Positions 24,319-32,000 of a stretch of DNA of 32,000 nucleotides are shown one piece after another. This DNA comes from Ruminococcus albus 7 = DSM 20455 (GTDB lineage: Bacteria; Bacillota; Clostridia; Oscillospirales; Ruminococcaceae): assembly GCF_000179635.2 (NCBI RefSeq), contig NC_014825.1:300001-332000 (forward strand), read 5' to 3'. Below the pieces are notes generated by a model. The model worked only from the letters and a program-made list of their open reading frames with translations. It ran no database searches and was not told the origin of the DNA. The translations under genes and the position numbers were made by a program. Position 1 is the first letter of the stretch. The number at the start of each line of letters is the position of its first letter.

Positions 24319-25686
24319 ATGGCAACCAATATACCTTACAAAACTTATCTCGAAGAAAGTGAAATGCCAAAGCAGTGGTATAATGTCAGAGCTGATATGA
24401 AGAACAAGCCTGCTCCCCTGCTCAATCCCCAGACCCTCAAACCCATGACCGCAGAGGAACTGGGCGTAGTATTCTGTGATGAACTGGTACAGCAGGAACT
24501 GAACACCACTGATGCTTACATAGATATCCCCGAGGAGATACGCGAGTTCTATAAGATGTACAGACCCTCACCTCTGGTAAGGGCTTACTGCCTTGAAAAA
24601 GCTCTGGGTACTCCCGCAAAGATATACTACAAGTTCGAGGGCAACAACACCTCCGGCAGCCACAAGCTCAACAGTGCTATCGCTCAGGCTTACTATGCAA
24701 AGAAGCAGGGTCTGAAGGGCGTGACCACAGAAACAGGAGCAGGTCAGTGGGGTACTGCGCTTTCAATGGCTTGTTCATATTTTGACCTGGACTGCAAAGT
24801 GTTCATGGTAAAGGTAAGCTATGAGCAGAAGCCTTTCCGCCGTGAGGTAATGCGTACCTACGGTGCTTCCGTAACACCTTCACCCTCTGAGACCACCAAC
24901 GTAGGCAAGAAGATACTTGCTGAACACCCCGGCACTTCGGGAAGCCTTGGCTGCGCTATTTCCGAGGCAGTAGAAGTTGCTGTCGGCACTGAGGGCTACC
25001 GTTACGTACTGGGCTCCGTACTCAATCAGGTACTGCTGCACCAGTCGGTTATCGGTCTGGAGAGCAAGGCTGCTTTTGAGAAGCTGGGCGTTAAGCCTGA
25101 TATCATCATCGGCTGCGCAGGCGGCGGCTCCAATCTCGGCGGACTTATCGCGCCTTTCATGGGTCAGAAGCTCCGCGGCGAAGCTGACTACCGTTTCATA
25201 GCAGTTGAACCTGCATCCTGCCCCAGCCTTACACGCGGCAAGTACGCTTATGACTACTGCGATACAGGTATGGTTTGCCCCCTTGCTAAGATGTACACTC
25301 TGGGCAGCGGTTTCATACCCTCTGCAAACCACGCAGGCGGTCTGAGATATCACGGCATGAGCAGCACACTTTCTCAGCTGTATGATGACAAGCTGATGGA
25401 GGCTGTAAGCGTTGAGCAGACTAAGGTATTTGAGGCTGCACAGCAGTTTGCACGTGTTGAGGGAATACTCCCCGCACCCGAATCCAGCCACGCTATCCGC
25501 GTAGCTATCGACGAAGCACTCAAGTGCAAGGAAACCGGTGAGGAAAAGACCATCTTCTTCGGTCTTACAGGTACAGGCTACTTCGATATGGTGGCTTACC
25601 AGAAGTTCAATGACGGTCTGATGACCGACTATATACCCACCGATGATGATCTGGCAAAGGGCTTTGCAGGTCTGCCTAAGGTATAA
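24319..25686 (+). CDS. TrpB-like PLP-dependent enzyme (tryptophan synthase beta chain type 2)
   Basis: 455 aa with the long TrpB2-type N-terminus. It has YYKFEGNNTSGSHKLNSA (PLP Lys), GAGQWG and GCAGGGSN. No other trp genes lie in the window. Confidence 0.85.
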   Translation: MATNIPYKTYLEESEMPKQWYNVRADMKNKPAPLLNPQTLKPMTAEELGVVFCDELVQQELNTTDAYIDIPEEIREFYKMYRPSPLVRAYCLEKALGTPAKIYYKFEGNNTSGSHKLNSAIAQAYYAKKQGLKGVTTETGAGQWGTALSMACSYFDLDCKVFMVKVSYEQKPFRREVMRTYGASVTPSPSETTNVGKKILAEHPGTSGSLGCAISEAVEVAVGTEGYRYVLGSVLNQVLLHQSVIGLESKAAFEKLGVKPDIIIGCAGGGSNLGGLIAPFMGQKLRGEADYRFIAVEPASCPSLTRGKYAYDYCDTGMVCPLAKMYTLGSGFIPSANHAGGLRYHGMSSTLSQLYDDKLMEAVSVEQTKVFEAAQQFARVEGILPAPESSHAIRVAIDEALKCKETGEEKTIFFGLTGTGYFDMVAYQKFNDGLMTDYIPTDDDLAKGFAGLPKV

Positions 25687-25701
25687 TAAATAATAAACAT
25701 C

Positions 25702-25740
25702 GTGCGCTCACGGTCTTTCCGCGGGCGCACATTTTGTTTA
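25702..25740 (+). terminator. intrinsic terminator of the trpB2-like gene
   Basis: GTGCGCTCACGG (25702-25713) pairs with CCGCGGGCGCAC (25719-25730) with one mismatch, followed by ATTTTGTTT. Confidence 0.6.
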
Positions 25741-25749
25741 ATCAGCCGA

Positions 25750-25778
25750 TTGAAAATCATATAAAAATCGCGTATAAT
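25750..25778 (+). promoter_or_regulatory. sigma-A promoter for the half-MATE gene
   Basis: TTGAAA (25750-25755), a 17-nt spacer, then TATAAT (25773-25778). Confidence 0.5.
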
Positions 25779-25811
25779 GATAATTGTGATTTTTCAGAGA
25801 GCGGTGATATA

Positions 25812-26507
25812 ATGTCAAAGAGAACAATGACGGAGGGTACTCCGTGGAAACATATAGTCAGCTTTGCACTTCCTGTGCTGGCAGGATCTCTTCTTCAGCA
25901 GCTTTACAATACTGCAGATTCTGTCATAGTCGGCAGGAACGCTGGACAATCGGCGCTATCGGGCGTGGGAACTACGGGTACATTCACTTTCCTGTTCCTC
26001 GCCATAGCCATAGGCTTTTCATCGGGCAACAGCGTGGTGATAGCCCAGCACTACGGTGCAGGCAAACCCGAACGTGTCAGACAGGGCGCACGTCAGACTA
26101 CACTCATATCCGTTGGCATTACCATTTTGATAGCCGCTGCGATAATGCTCACAGCCCCGAAGATAATAGACCTTTTTGCCCTGAATCATGCCGCCGCAGA
26201 TTATTGCATACAACATCTGCGAACAATTGCGATGGTAAATTTGGTACTGTCGGTATACATACCGCTCTTCGGCGTATTCCAGGGCACAAACCACAGCACC
26301 GTTCCCACTATTGTGGCTACCTGCGCACTAACTGTACGAGTTATAGTCACCTACATTTTCAGATACAGTGACTTTTTCGGATACACCATAATATGGTGGA
26401 ACGGTCTTTTCGGCTTCGGAACAGGCTGCACCATAACATGGTCATACTACCTCAGCGGCAAGTGGCTTGATCACAAGTCTGCCTTCACTGAAAAAGACAG
26501 CATCTGA
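25812..26507 (+). CDS. MATE-family transporter, half length (231 aa, about 6 TM), probably an in-frame internal deletion
   Basis: ORF is trimmed to ATG 25812. The N-terminus TEGTPWKHIVSFALPVLAGSLLQQLYNTADSVIVG resembles MATE TM1. The C-terminus ..GYTIIWWNGLFGFG..WSYYLSGKW resembles the end of the MATE C-lobe. Typical MATE proteins are about 450 aa. Confidence 0.55.
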   Translation: MSKRTMTEGTPWKHIVSFALPVLAGSLLQQLYNTADSVIVGRNAGQSALSGVGTTGTFTFLFLAIAIGFSSGNSVVIAQHYGAGKPERVRQGARQTTLISVGITILIAAAIMLTAPKIIDLFALNHAAADYCIQHLRTIAMVNLVLSVYIPLFGVFQGTNHSTVPTIVATCALTVRVIVTYIFRYSDFFGYTIIWWNGLFGFGTGCTITWSYYLSGKWLDHKSAFTEKDSI

Positions 26508-26520
26508 TATAACGAACCGG

Positions 26521-26562
26521 CCCCCGTCACAGTTCATTAGCACGGGGGCTGAGTTTATTTAT
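26521..26562 (+). terminator. intrinsic terminator of the half-MATE gene
   Basis: GCCCCCGT (26521-26528) pairs with ACGGGGGC (26543-26550), followed by TGAGTTTATTT. Confidence 0.6.
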
Positions 26563-26685
26563 GAACCAAGCTGAAACTTTATATTGTATTTTATCGGCAG
26601 GTATGGTATAATGATACAAAGCTGTATCCCATGACCGATAAAGAACGTTGATACGGCAGATGATAATTAAAGCAGGTGAAAGTCC

Positions 26686-27234
26686 ATGAATATAAGACTT
26701 ATAAATATCAAACATGACACCACCGACATTGATAAGATCATGCGGCTGTATAATACCGCATTTCCGTCGGATGAACGCGCACCTTTCGGGATACTTGTAA
26801 AAGGTGCCGCAAAGCCAAACGTTAATTTTTTCAGCTGTCTTGACGGTGATACCTGGATAGGATTTATCTATACCGTCAACTACCGTGATCTCAGCTATGT
26901 GTTCTATTTTGCCGTGGATGATGCTGTGCGCGGCAAGGGGTACGGCACTGCCATACTGAAGGCGGCTCAGAAAAAGTACAGCGGCAGAAAGCTGTTCCTG
27001 GCAATAGAAGAAGTCGATAAAAAATACAAAAACTACAGTCAGCGCGTAAACAGACTTCGTTTTTACGAGCGTGCAGGATTTGTGCGTACAGGTCAGAAGA
27101 TGCAGGAAGCAAAGGTCATATACGACCTGATGAGTACAGGCGGCAGGATACAAAACGCTGAATACCGAAAACTCATGAGATCATTTGCAGGACTGCGTAT
27201 GCTGCTGTTCACTGTTAAAATACTGAATGACTGA
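26686..27234 (+). CDS. GNAT-family N-acetyltransferase
   Basis: The acetyl-CoA motif VDDAVRGKGYGTAILKAA and ..RLRFYERAGF.. are present. AGGTGA lies upstream. Confidence 0.85.
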   Translation: MNIRLINIKHDTTDIDKIMRLYNTAFPSDERAPFGILVKGAAKPNVNFFSCLDGDTWIGFIYTVNYRDLSYVFYFAVDDAVRGKGYGTAILKAAQKKYSGRKLFLAIEEVDKKYKNYSQRVNRLRFYERAGFVRTGQKMQEAKVIYDLMSTGGRIQNAEYRKLMRSFAGLRMLLFTVKILND

Positions 27235-27243
27235 TATAATAAC

Positions 27244-27283
27244 AAGACCTCCGCAGTAAGATGATACCGCAGGAGGTCTTTTA
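27244..27283 (+). terminator. intrinsic terminator of the GNAT gene
   Basis: AAGACCTCC (27244-27252) pairs with GGAGGTCTT (27272-27280), running into TTTT. Confidence 0.65.
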
Positions 27284-27303
27284 ATGACTATTAAATTCTT
27301 ACA

Positions 27304-27460
27304 TGGTTATCCCTTTAACACAACATTACAAAGTGCTATATAACACGGTAATATCGTGTCGTAGTTATCATTCCCCCGCCTGCGGCGGGTGAGGATAACC
27401 GCCAAGTGTTTCAAGTTCCGATATAATACTAATTAATGTGGTGTGTCATCGGGATAATCT
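27304..27460 (-). mobile_element. MITE-like element, copy B (157 bp, inverted relative to copy A, degenerate ends, internal GC-rich insertion)
   Basis: Its reverse complement aligns with copy A through the blocks TTATCCCG.TGACAC, TTATATCGGAACTTGAAA, TTGGCGG, CTACGACAC, GTTATATAGCACTTTGTA and TAAAGGGATAACCA. An extra segment holds the hairpin CCCGCC-TGC-GGCGGG (27375-27389) and a GGATAACC motif. Confidence 0.7.
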
Positions 27461-27486
27461 CGTATTAAGAGCAAGCCCGTATGCCT

Positions 27487-27882
27487 TTAGTATGTGTTAT
27501 CAAATAGAATACATTTCGTGTTTTGTTTGAACCATTCCATATATTCTTTTTTATGGCGAATAAGGAATATAAATTCATCAATTTCAAAAACCATCTCGAT
27601 TAATGAATTTTTTGCATATTCAGCCGCAACTGTATCTATGATATGAACTTCATTTTTATCGTTTGAAATTATATACTGATTTCCTTCTAAAAAAATACCT
27701 TTATAACCGCTATCGTTGCAGATCATATCAGAATATTCCTGTATTTTTGTTTCATCATTCGCCTTTATAAATCCAACAATGATATCAACATCATCAATAT
27801 CACCTACTTCAGAAAATAAATAATCCTCAAACATATTTATTGTCATACGATCATATTTTTTCATTATATTTTCAATCGTCAT
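27487..27882 (-). CDS. hypothetical acidic protein (131 aa) in a visibly AT-rich segment
   Basis: ORF 27487..27945 has its start placed at ATG 27882, after GGTGA; the start is uncertain. I recognise no motif. Its composition differs markedly from the neighbouring genes. Confidence 0.5.
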   Translation of the reverse strand: MTIENIMKKYDRMTINMFEDYLFSEVGDIDDVDIIVGFIKANDETKIQEYSDMICNDSGYKGIFLEGNQYIISNDKNEVHIIDTVAAEYAKNSLIEMVFEIDEFIFLIRHKKEYMEWFKQNTKCILFDNTY

Positions 27883-28047
27883 AATATCACCTATTTTATG
27901 GAATTTTGCACGGAAAGACAGTCCAGACTTGATCAAAGTCATCATAAATTAATCTAATATACGTTTCTCCTTTTACAAATTCAACCGTCGTAAGCTGGGA
28001 AACAGTGCGTATTTAAGGCTTTTGGCTGCTTTGGTGCAGTGATCTTA

Positions 28048-28073
28048 CTTGTGGTGTGTTAAGGGGATAACCA
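28048..28073 (+). repeat. solo terminus of the MITE-like family
   Basis: TTGTGGTGTGTTAAGGGGATAACCA is followed by TA. It matches the right end of copy A and, when inverted, the 27304 end of copy B. Confidence 0.6.
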
Positions 28074-28200
28074 TAAATTCTTATGATACTTTTATAACTG
28101 ACCCTCATGGAAGAATGAATGAAGAGCATCGTAGATGTAATGTCTTACATAGCCAAAACGTTGTGTCTTTCCCGATGAAACCGTGATCACCTTCGGGTTC

Positions 28201-29469
28201 TTACTTTTTCAGGTACTTGTCAAGTATGCCTGTATAATCAAATGTGCTGAAATAATCTGCAGGGGTCTCGGCACGTCTTATCATCTGTACATCGCCGTTC
28301 TCCTTCAGCAGAAGCTCAGCGGAGCGAAGTCTGCCGTTGTAGTTGTATCCCATGGAGAAGCCGTGTGCACCAGCATCGTGTATAACGAGGATATCGCCTA
28401 TCTCCAGCTCGGGGAGCATTCTGTCGATAGCGAACTTATCATTGTTCTCGCAAAGGCTGCCTGTAACATCGTACTTGTGATCACAAGGCTTGTCCTCCTT
28501 GCCGAGAACTGTGATATGGTGGTATGCACCGTACATAGCAGGACGCATCAGGTTGCAGGCACAAGCATCAACACCTGCATACTCCTTGTAGGTGTGCTTG
28601 AAGTGCTTTACAGTTGTTACCAGATGACCGTAGGGAGCAAGCATATATCTTCCGAGCTCGGTGAATATAGCAACATCGCCAAGACCTGCAGGAACAAGTA
28701 TCTCATCGAATGCCTTGTGAACGCCCTCACCGATAGCAAAGATATCGTTCTGAGGCTTGTCGGGCTCATAAGCAATACCAACACCGCCTGAGAGATTTAT
28801 GAACTTGAACTCGATGCCCACCTTCTCCTTGATCTCAACAGCCAGCTCAAAAAGTATACGCGCAAGCTTGGGATAATACTCATTGGTAACAGTATTAGAA
28901 GCCAGGAAAGCGTGTATACCGAAGTATTTTGCACCCTTCTCCTTAAGTATCCTGAAGCCCTCGATTATCTGCTCGTGTGTGAAACCGTACTTTGCGTCAC
29001 CGGGGTTGTCCATTATCTTAGTGGATATGGAGAAAGTTCCGCCGGGGTTGTAACGGCAGCAGATAGTTTCGGGTATGCCGCAGAGCTTATCAAGGAAATC
29101 AATGTGGGTGAAATCATCGAGATTGATGTAAGCGCCCATTTCCTTAGCCTTAACATACTCCTCAGCAGGAGTAACGTTTGACGAGAACATGATATCCTCG
29201 CCCTTGAAACCGCAGCACTCGCTGAGCATCAGTTCTGTAAGGGATGAACAGTCAACACCGCAGCCCTCCTCCTTCAGTATCTGAAGTATGTATGGATTAG
29301 GAGTAGCCTTTACAGCGAAGAACTCCTTATAGCCCTTGTTCCAGCTGAATGCCTTGTAAAGATTGCGTGCATTCTCGCGGATGCCTTTCTCGTCATAGAT
29401 ATGGAAGGGAGTGGGGTAAGACTTGATTATCTCCTCAGCCTTCTCCTTGGTTATAAAAGGTTTTTTCAT
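28201..29469 (-). CDS. fold-type III PLP-dependent decarboxylase, diaminopimelate decarboxylase-like
   Basis: 422 aa. It has ..YPTPFHIYDE.., FFAVKATPNP (PLP Lys), GCGVDCSS and ..GSLCENNDKF... Substrate cannot be assigned from sequence alone. Confidence 0.75.
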   Translation of the reverse strand: MKKPFITKEKAEEIIKSYPTPFHIYDEKGIRENARNLYKAFSWNKGYKEFFAVKATPNPYILQILKEEGCGVDCSSLTELMLSECCGFKGEDIMFSSNVTPAEEYVKAKEMGAYINLDDFTHIDFLDKLCGIPETICCRYNPGGTFSISTKIMDNPGDAKYGFTHEQIIEGFRILKEKGAKYFGIHAFLASNTVTNEYYPKLARILFELAVEIKEKVGIEFKFINLSGGVGIAYEPDKPQNDIFAIGEGVHKAFDEILVPAGLGDVAIFTELGRYMLAPYGHLVTTVKHFKHTYKEYAGVDACACNLMRPAMYGAYHHITVLGKEDKPCDHKYDVTGSLCENNDKFAIDRMLPELEIGDILVIHDAGAHGFSMGYNYNGRLRSAELLLKENGDVQMIRRAETPADYFSTFDYTGILDKYLKK

Positions 29470-29509
29470 ATTTCATCTTCCTTTACTGAAAAATTAAATG
29501 TACTTTTAT

Positions 29510-29538
29510 ATAATAACATTTTTTTCGGACTAAGTCAA
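29510..29538 (-). promoter_or_regulatory. sigma-A promoter for the decarboxylase gene
   Basis: Minus strand reads TTGACT (29538-29533), a 17-nt spacer, then TATTAT (29515-29510). The leader is short. Confidence 0.45.
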
Positions 29539-29666
29539 TAGGAAATAAATAAACAAATGGTCACAGCCGCCGAGATGTCTGAAAAATACCGTAATTATCA
29601 GACTCCTACAGAAACAGCAGATCACAGCCGCGATGAAGAACGGATGAAAATAGTTTTGTGTTTATA

Positions 29667-29695
29667 TTGACTTATTATTTAAACTATGATATAAT
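29667..29695 (+). promoter_or_regulatory. sigma-A promoter for the zinc-ribbon membrane protein gene
   Basis: TTGACT (29667-29672), a 17-nt spacer, then TATAAT (29690-29695). Confidence 0.5.
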
Positions 29696-29726
29696 TAATC
29701 AACATATTTAAATTGGAGGCGATATA

Positions 29727-30542
29727 ATGTTTTGTTCTAATTGCGGAAGCAATATCCCGGACGGCTCTGCACATTGTTCTCAGTGCGGTGCACCTACAGG
29801 TGCTGCACCAAAGCCTGTTATCGGAAATGAGCCTATAGGCAATACATTTTCAAATGTATATCAGGCGATGACAAACCCGGATCAGCCCATGGTGCCTGTA
29901 CAGGGCGGCGGTACTGCTGCTTTAGTTGATACCATGAGAGCAGTTCCTGCAAGACTGATAGCAAAGATAGCTTTTCTAGTGGCACTGGTATGCTTCGCAT
30001 TCCCGTTCATGTCGGTATCATGCGATGCATCTGCAATAAGAAGTCTTGCAAACCAGGAAGCCAGTGGGGATTACAGCTTTGAGATCGTATATAAAGGATA
30101 TAATCTCATATTCCCGTCCACTATCTCAGAGAAGAATGTGAAGACGGGTTCTGGATTCAACCAGAAAAAAACTACATCAACCACCAAGACAAAAAGCGGT
30201 GATGATTACGGTTCAGATGAAAAGTCCAATCCATGGCTCATCATAACTGTTATATGCTGTGTTGCAGGTGCTGTGGTACTGTTCATCAAAAAGGACAAGC
30301 TTTTCAGTGCGATCGCTTCATGTCTGGGTCTGATAGCGTTTATATGTCTGCTGGTGTTCAAGGGCACTTTTGTATCGCGATACTTCACCAGCGACAATGT
30401 AAATATGCAGGGAGCCGCCAACTATCTTCAGGTCAATACGAAATTCGGTTTTGTACTGTGCCTGATATCAATAATATTGGCTCTCATCGCCAGTGTGATC
30501 TCATGGATCACGGACAGACCTTCCTACCATCAACGATTTTAG
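29727..30542 (+). CDS. zinc-ribbon domain membrane protein of unknown function
   Basis: The N-terminus has CSNCG..CSQCG, followed by several hydrophobic helices. GGAGG lies upstream. Confidence 0.7.
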   Translation: MFCSNCGSNIPDGSAHCSQCGAPTGAAPKPVIGNEPIGNTFSNVYQAMTNPDQPMVPVQGGGTAALVDTMRAVPARLIAKIAFLVALVCFAFPFMSVSCDASAIRSLANQEASGDYSFEIVYKGYNLIFPSTISEKNVKTGSGFNQKKTTSTTKTKSGDDYGSDEKSNPWLIITVICCVAGAVVLFIKKDKLFSAIASCLGLIAFICLLVFKGTFVSRYFTSDNVNMQGAANYLQVNTKFGFVLCLISIILALIASVISWITDRPSYHQRF

Positions 30543-30552
30543 CTGAACATTC

Positions 30553-30584
30553 AAGACTGCTGCAAACGCGGCAGTCTTTTTTGT
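30553..30584 (+). terminator. intrinsic terminator
   Basis: AAGACTGC (30553-30560) pairs with GCAGTCTT (30571-30578), running into TTTTTTG. Confidence 0.7.
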
Positions 30585-30632
30585 TGGATATTCCACTCAA
30601 CGTTAAAAAAATCTTAATTTTGCGGCAGATGC

Positions 30633-30661
30633 TTGCAAAGAAGCTCAAACGGTGATATAAT
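30633..30661 (+). promoter_or_regulatory. sigma-A promoter for the DUF951/kinase-like/prfA unit
   Basis: TTGCAA (30633-30638), a 17-nt spacer, then TATAAT (30656-30661). Confidence 0.45.
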
Positions 30662-30708
30662 AATATAGTATGCTGAATGATCTATTAAATTGAAAGGACG
30701 GTGGAGCG

Positions 30709-30897
30709 ATGGATATCATCAAGGGCGACAGGCTTGTTATGAAGAAAAAACACCCCTGCGGCAGCAACGAGATGATTGTGCTGCGCTCGGGTATGGATTT
30801 CAAGCTTCGCTGTGCAGGCTGCGGGCGGGAGTTCATGATACCACGCAGCAAGGCTGAAAAAAATGTAAAAACCGTTATCCGTGAGGCTGAAACTTAG
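30709..30897 (+). CDS. DUF951-family small protein
   Basis: 62 aa with ..KKKHPCGSNEM..LRCAGCGREFMIPR.., a pattern typical of DUF951. Confidence 0.75.
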   Translation: MDIIKGDRLVMKKKHPCGSNEMIVLRSGMDFKLRCAGCGREFMIPRSKAEKNVKTVIREAET

Positions 30898-30931
30898 CTG
30901 CGCCAGATATATCTGATAACAGGGAGATAAT

Positions 30932-31465
30932 ATGATAATACTTATTTACGGTGCATCCCATACGGGCAAAACTGCCCTTGCACAGAAGCTTCTTGAAAAG
31001 TACAAGTACCCGTATCTTTCCATAGACCACCTTAAAATGGGGCTCATAAGGTCAGGACAGACCACTCTGACCCCTATGGATGATGAGGAGCTGACTCCAT
31101 ATCTCTGGAACATAGTGAAAGAGATGATAAAGACAGCAGTAGAAAACGGACAGCACCTGATAGTCGAGGGCTGCTACATACCCTTTGACTGGAGAGAAAG
31201 CTTCGATGAGAATTATCTGCGTGAGATACGTGCCTTCTGCCTTGTTATGACCGAAAGTTATATCGAACACAATTTTGACACTATAAAGCGTTTTGCGTGC
31301 GTTATCGAAAACAGGCTCGATGACAGCGGACTGAACCGCGAAGAGCTCACAAGCGAAAACAAGAGAAATTTTGATATGTGCAGAAAGCTTGGAGAGAGTT
31401 ATATACTCATAGATGAGCGCTACGACATAGATGACGCAGTCGAACGGATAATAAGGAGTAAATGA
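30932..31465 (+). CDS. P-loop NTPase / small-molecule kinase-like protein
   Basis: It has the Walker A motif GASHTGKT at the N-terminus. The ..YLSIDHLKMGLIRS.. block recalls 2-phosphoglycerate-kinase-like (COG2074) proteins, but this assignment is weak. Confidence 0.6.
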   Translation: MIILIYGASHTGKTALAQKLLEKYKYPYLSIDHLKMGLIRSGQTTLTPMDDEELTPYLWNIVKEMIKTAVENGQHLIVEGCYIPFDWRESFDENYLREIRAFCLVMTESYIEHNFDTIKRFACVIENRLDDSGLNREELTSENKRNFDMCRKLGESYILIDERYDIDDAVERIIRSK

Positions 31466-31466
31466 T

Positions 31467-32000
31467 ATGTTTGAAAAATTAAGAGCACTTGAAGATAAAT
31501 TCAACGAAATAAACGAAAGGCTCATGCAGCCCGAGGTGGTAAACGATTCAAAGCTGTACACCGAGCTTATGATAGAGTACAAAAATCTTGAACCGGTTGT
31601 TGAGGCGCTGCGCGAGTATGATAAAGCAAAGGCTGAATTCGATGAAGCAGTGGAAATGTCCTCAGACAGCAGCCTTGACGCTGATATGAAGGATATGGTA
31701 CAGGAGCAGTACGCTGAATCAAAAGCGGCTATGGCACGTCTTGAAGAAGAGCTGAAAATACTTCTTCTGCCCAAAGACCCCAACGATGACAGGAACGTTA
31801 TCATCGAGATAAGGGGCGGTGCAGGCGGCGAAGAAGCTGCACTGTTCGCGAATTCCCTTTATCGTATGTACTCCATGTACGCGGCACAGAAGAACTGGCA
31901 GATAGAAGTAATGAGCGCCAACGAGACCGAACTCGGCGGCTATAAGGAAATAACCTTCACCGTATCGGGACAGGGTGCATATTCACGCCTTAAATACGAA
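31467..32000 (+). CDS. prfA: peptide chain release factor 1, 5' partial (continues beyond the window)
   Basis: This frame is absent from the ORF track because it is open at the window edge. ATG 31467 follows AAGGAG. The translation reads MFEKLRALEDKFNEINERLMQPEVVND..LLLPKDPNDDRNVIIEIRGGAGGEEAALFA.. Confidence 0.9.
   Translation, partial: MFEKLRALEDKFNEINERLMQPEVVNDSKLYTELMIEYKNLEPVVEALREYDKAKAEFDEAVEMSSDSSLDADMKDMVQEQYAESKAAMARLEEELKILLLPKDPNDDRNVIIEIRGGAGGEEAALFANSLYRMYSMYAAQKNWQIEVMSANETELGGYKEITFTVSGQGAYSRLKYE

Noticed and set aside
29470-29540. Lysine riboswitch (L-box) upstream of the DapDC-like decarboxylase.
   Set aside because: The predicted promoter leaves a leader of only about 35-40 nt, and no L-box-like sequence is visible in the 257-bp intergenic region.

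Overview
The protein sequences suggest a chromosomal window from a moderate-GC Firmicute, probably Clostridia and Ruminococcaceae-like; this is an impression, not a search result. Most of the window is housekeeping. It holds an ammonium transporter fused to a P-II domain, purF, the heat-shock operon hrcA-grpE-dnaK-dnaJ with a CIRCE operator, pyk, murT-gatD, nfi, a LacI regulator and an SRAP (DUF159) protein. It also holds a 1208-aa clostripain(C11)-LRR lipoprotein, a stand-alone TrpB2-type enzyme, a half-length MATE transporter, a GNAT, a DapDC-like decarboxylase, a zinc-ribbon membrane protein, DUF951, a P-loop kinase-like protein and the 5' part of prfA. I found no rRNA, tRNA or CRISPR array, and no recognisable multi-gene defence or toxin system. 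The unexplained signal is mostly non-coding. (1) A roughly 92-nt repeat family occurs at three loci, always in sense orientation between a stop codon and the intrinsic terminator; at pyk and dnaJ its CCTAG start supplies the TAG stop. (2) A roughly 140-160-bp MITE-like element with TGGTTATCCC termini and TA flanks occurs in two copies plus a solo end, and one pair of ends brackets an AT-rich orphan ORF. (3) An IS5/IS1182-type IS with an AATT duplication splits a 121-codon gene that can be rebuilt in frame. (4) A promoter-plus-terminator unit looks like an ~88-nt sRNA upstream of hrcA. (5) The amt-PII and murT-gatD genes have structured leaders. All family assignments come from reading the translations from memory and should be confirmed by search.
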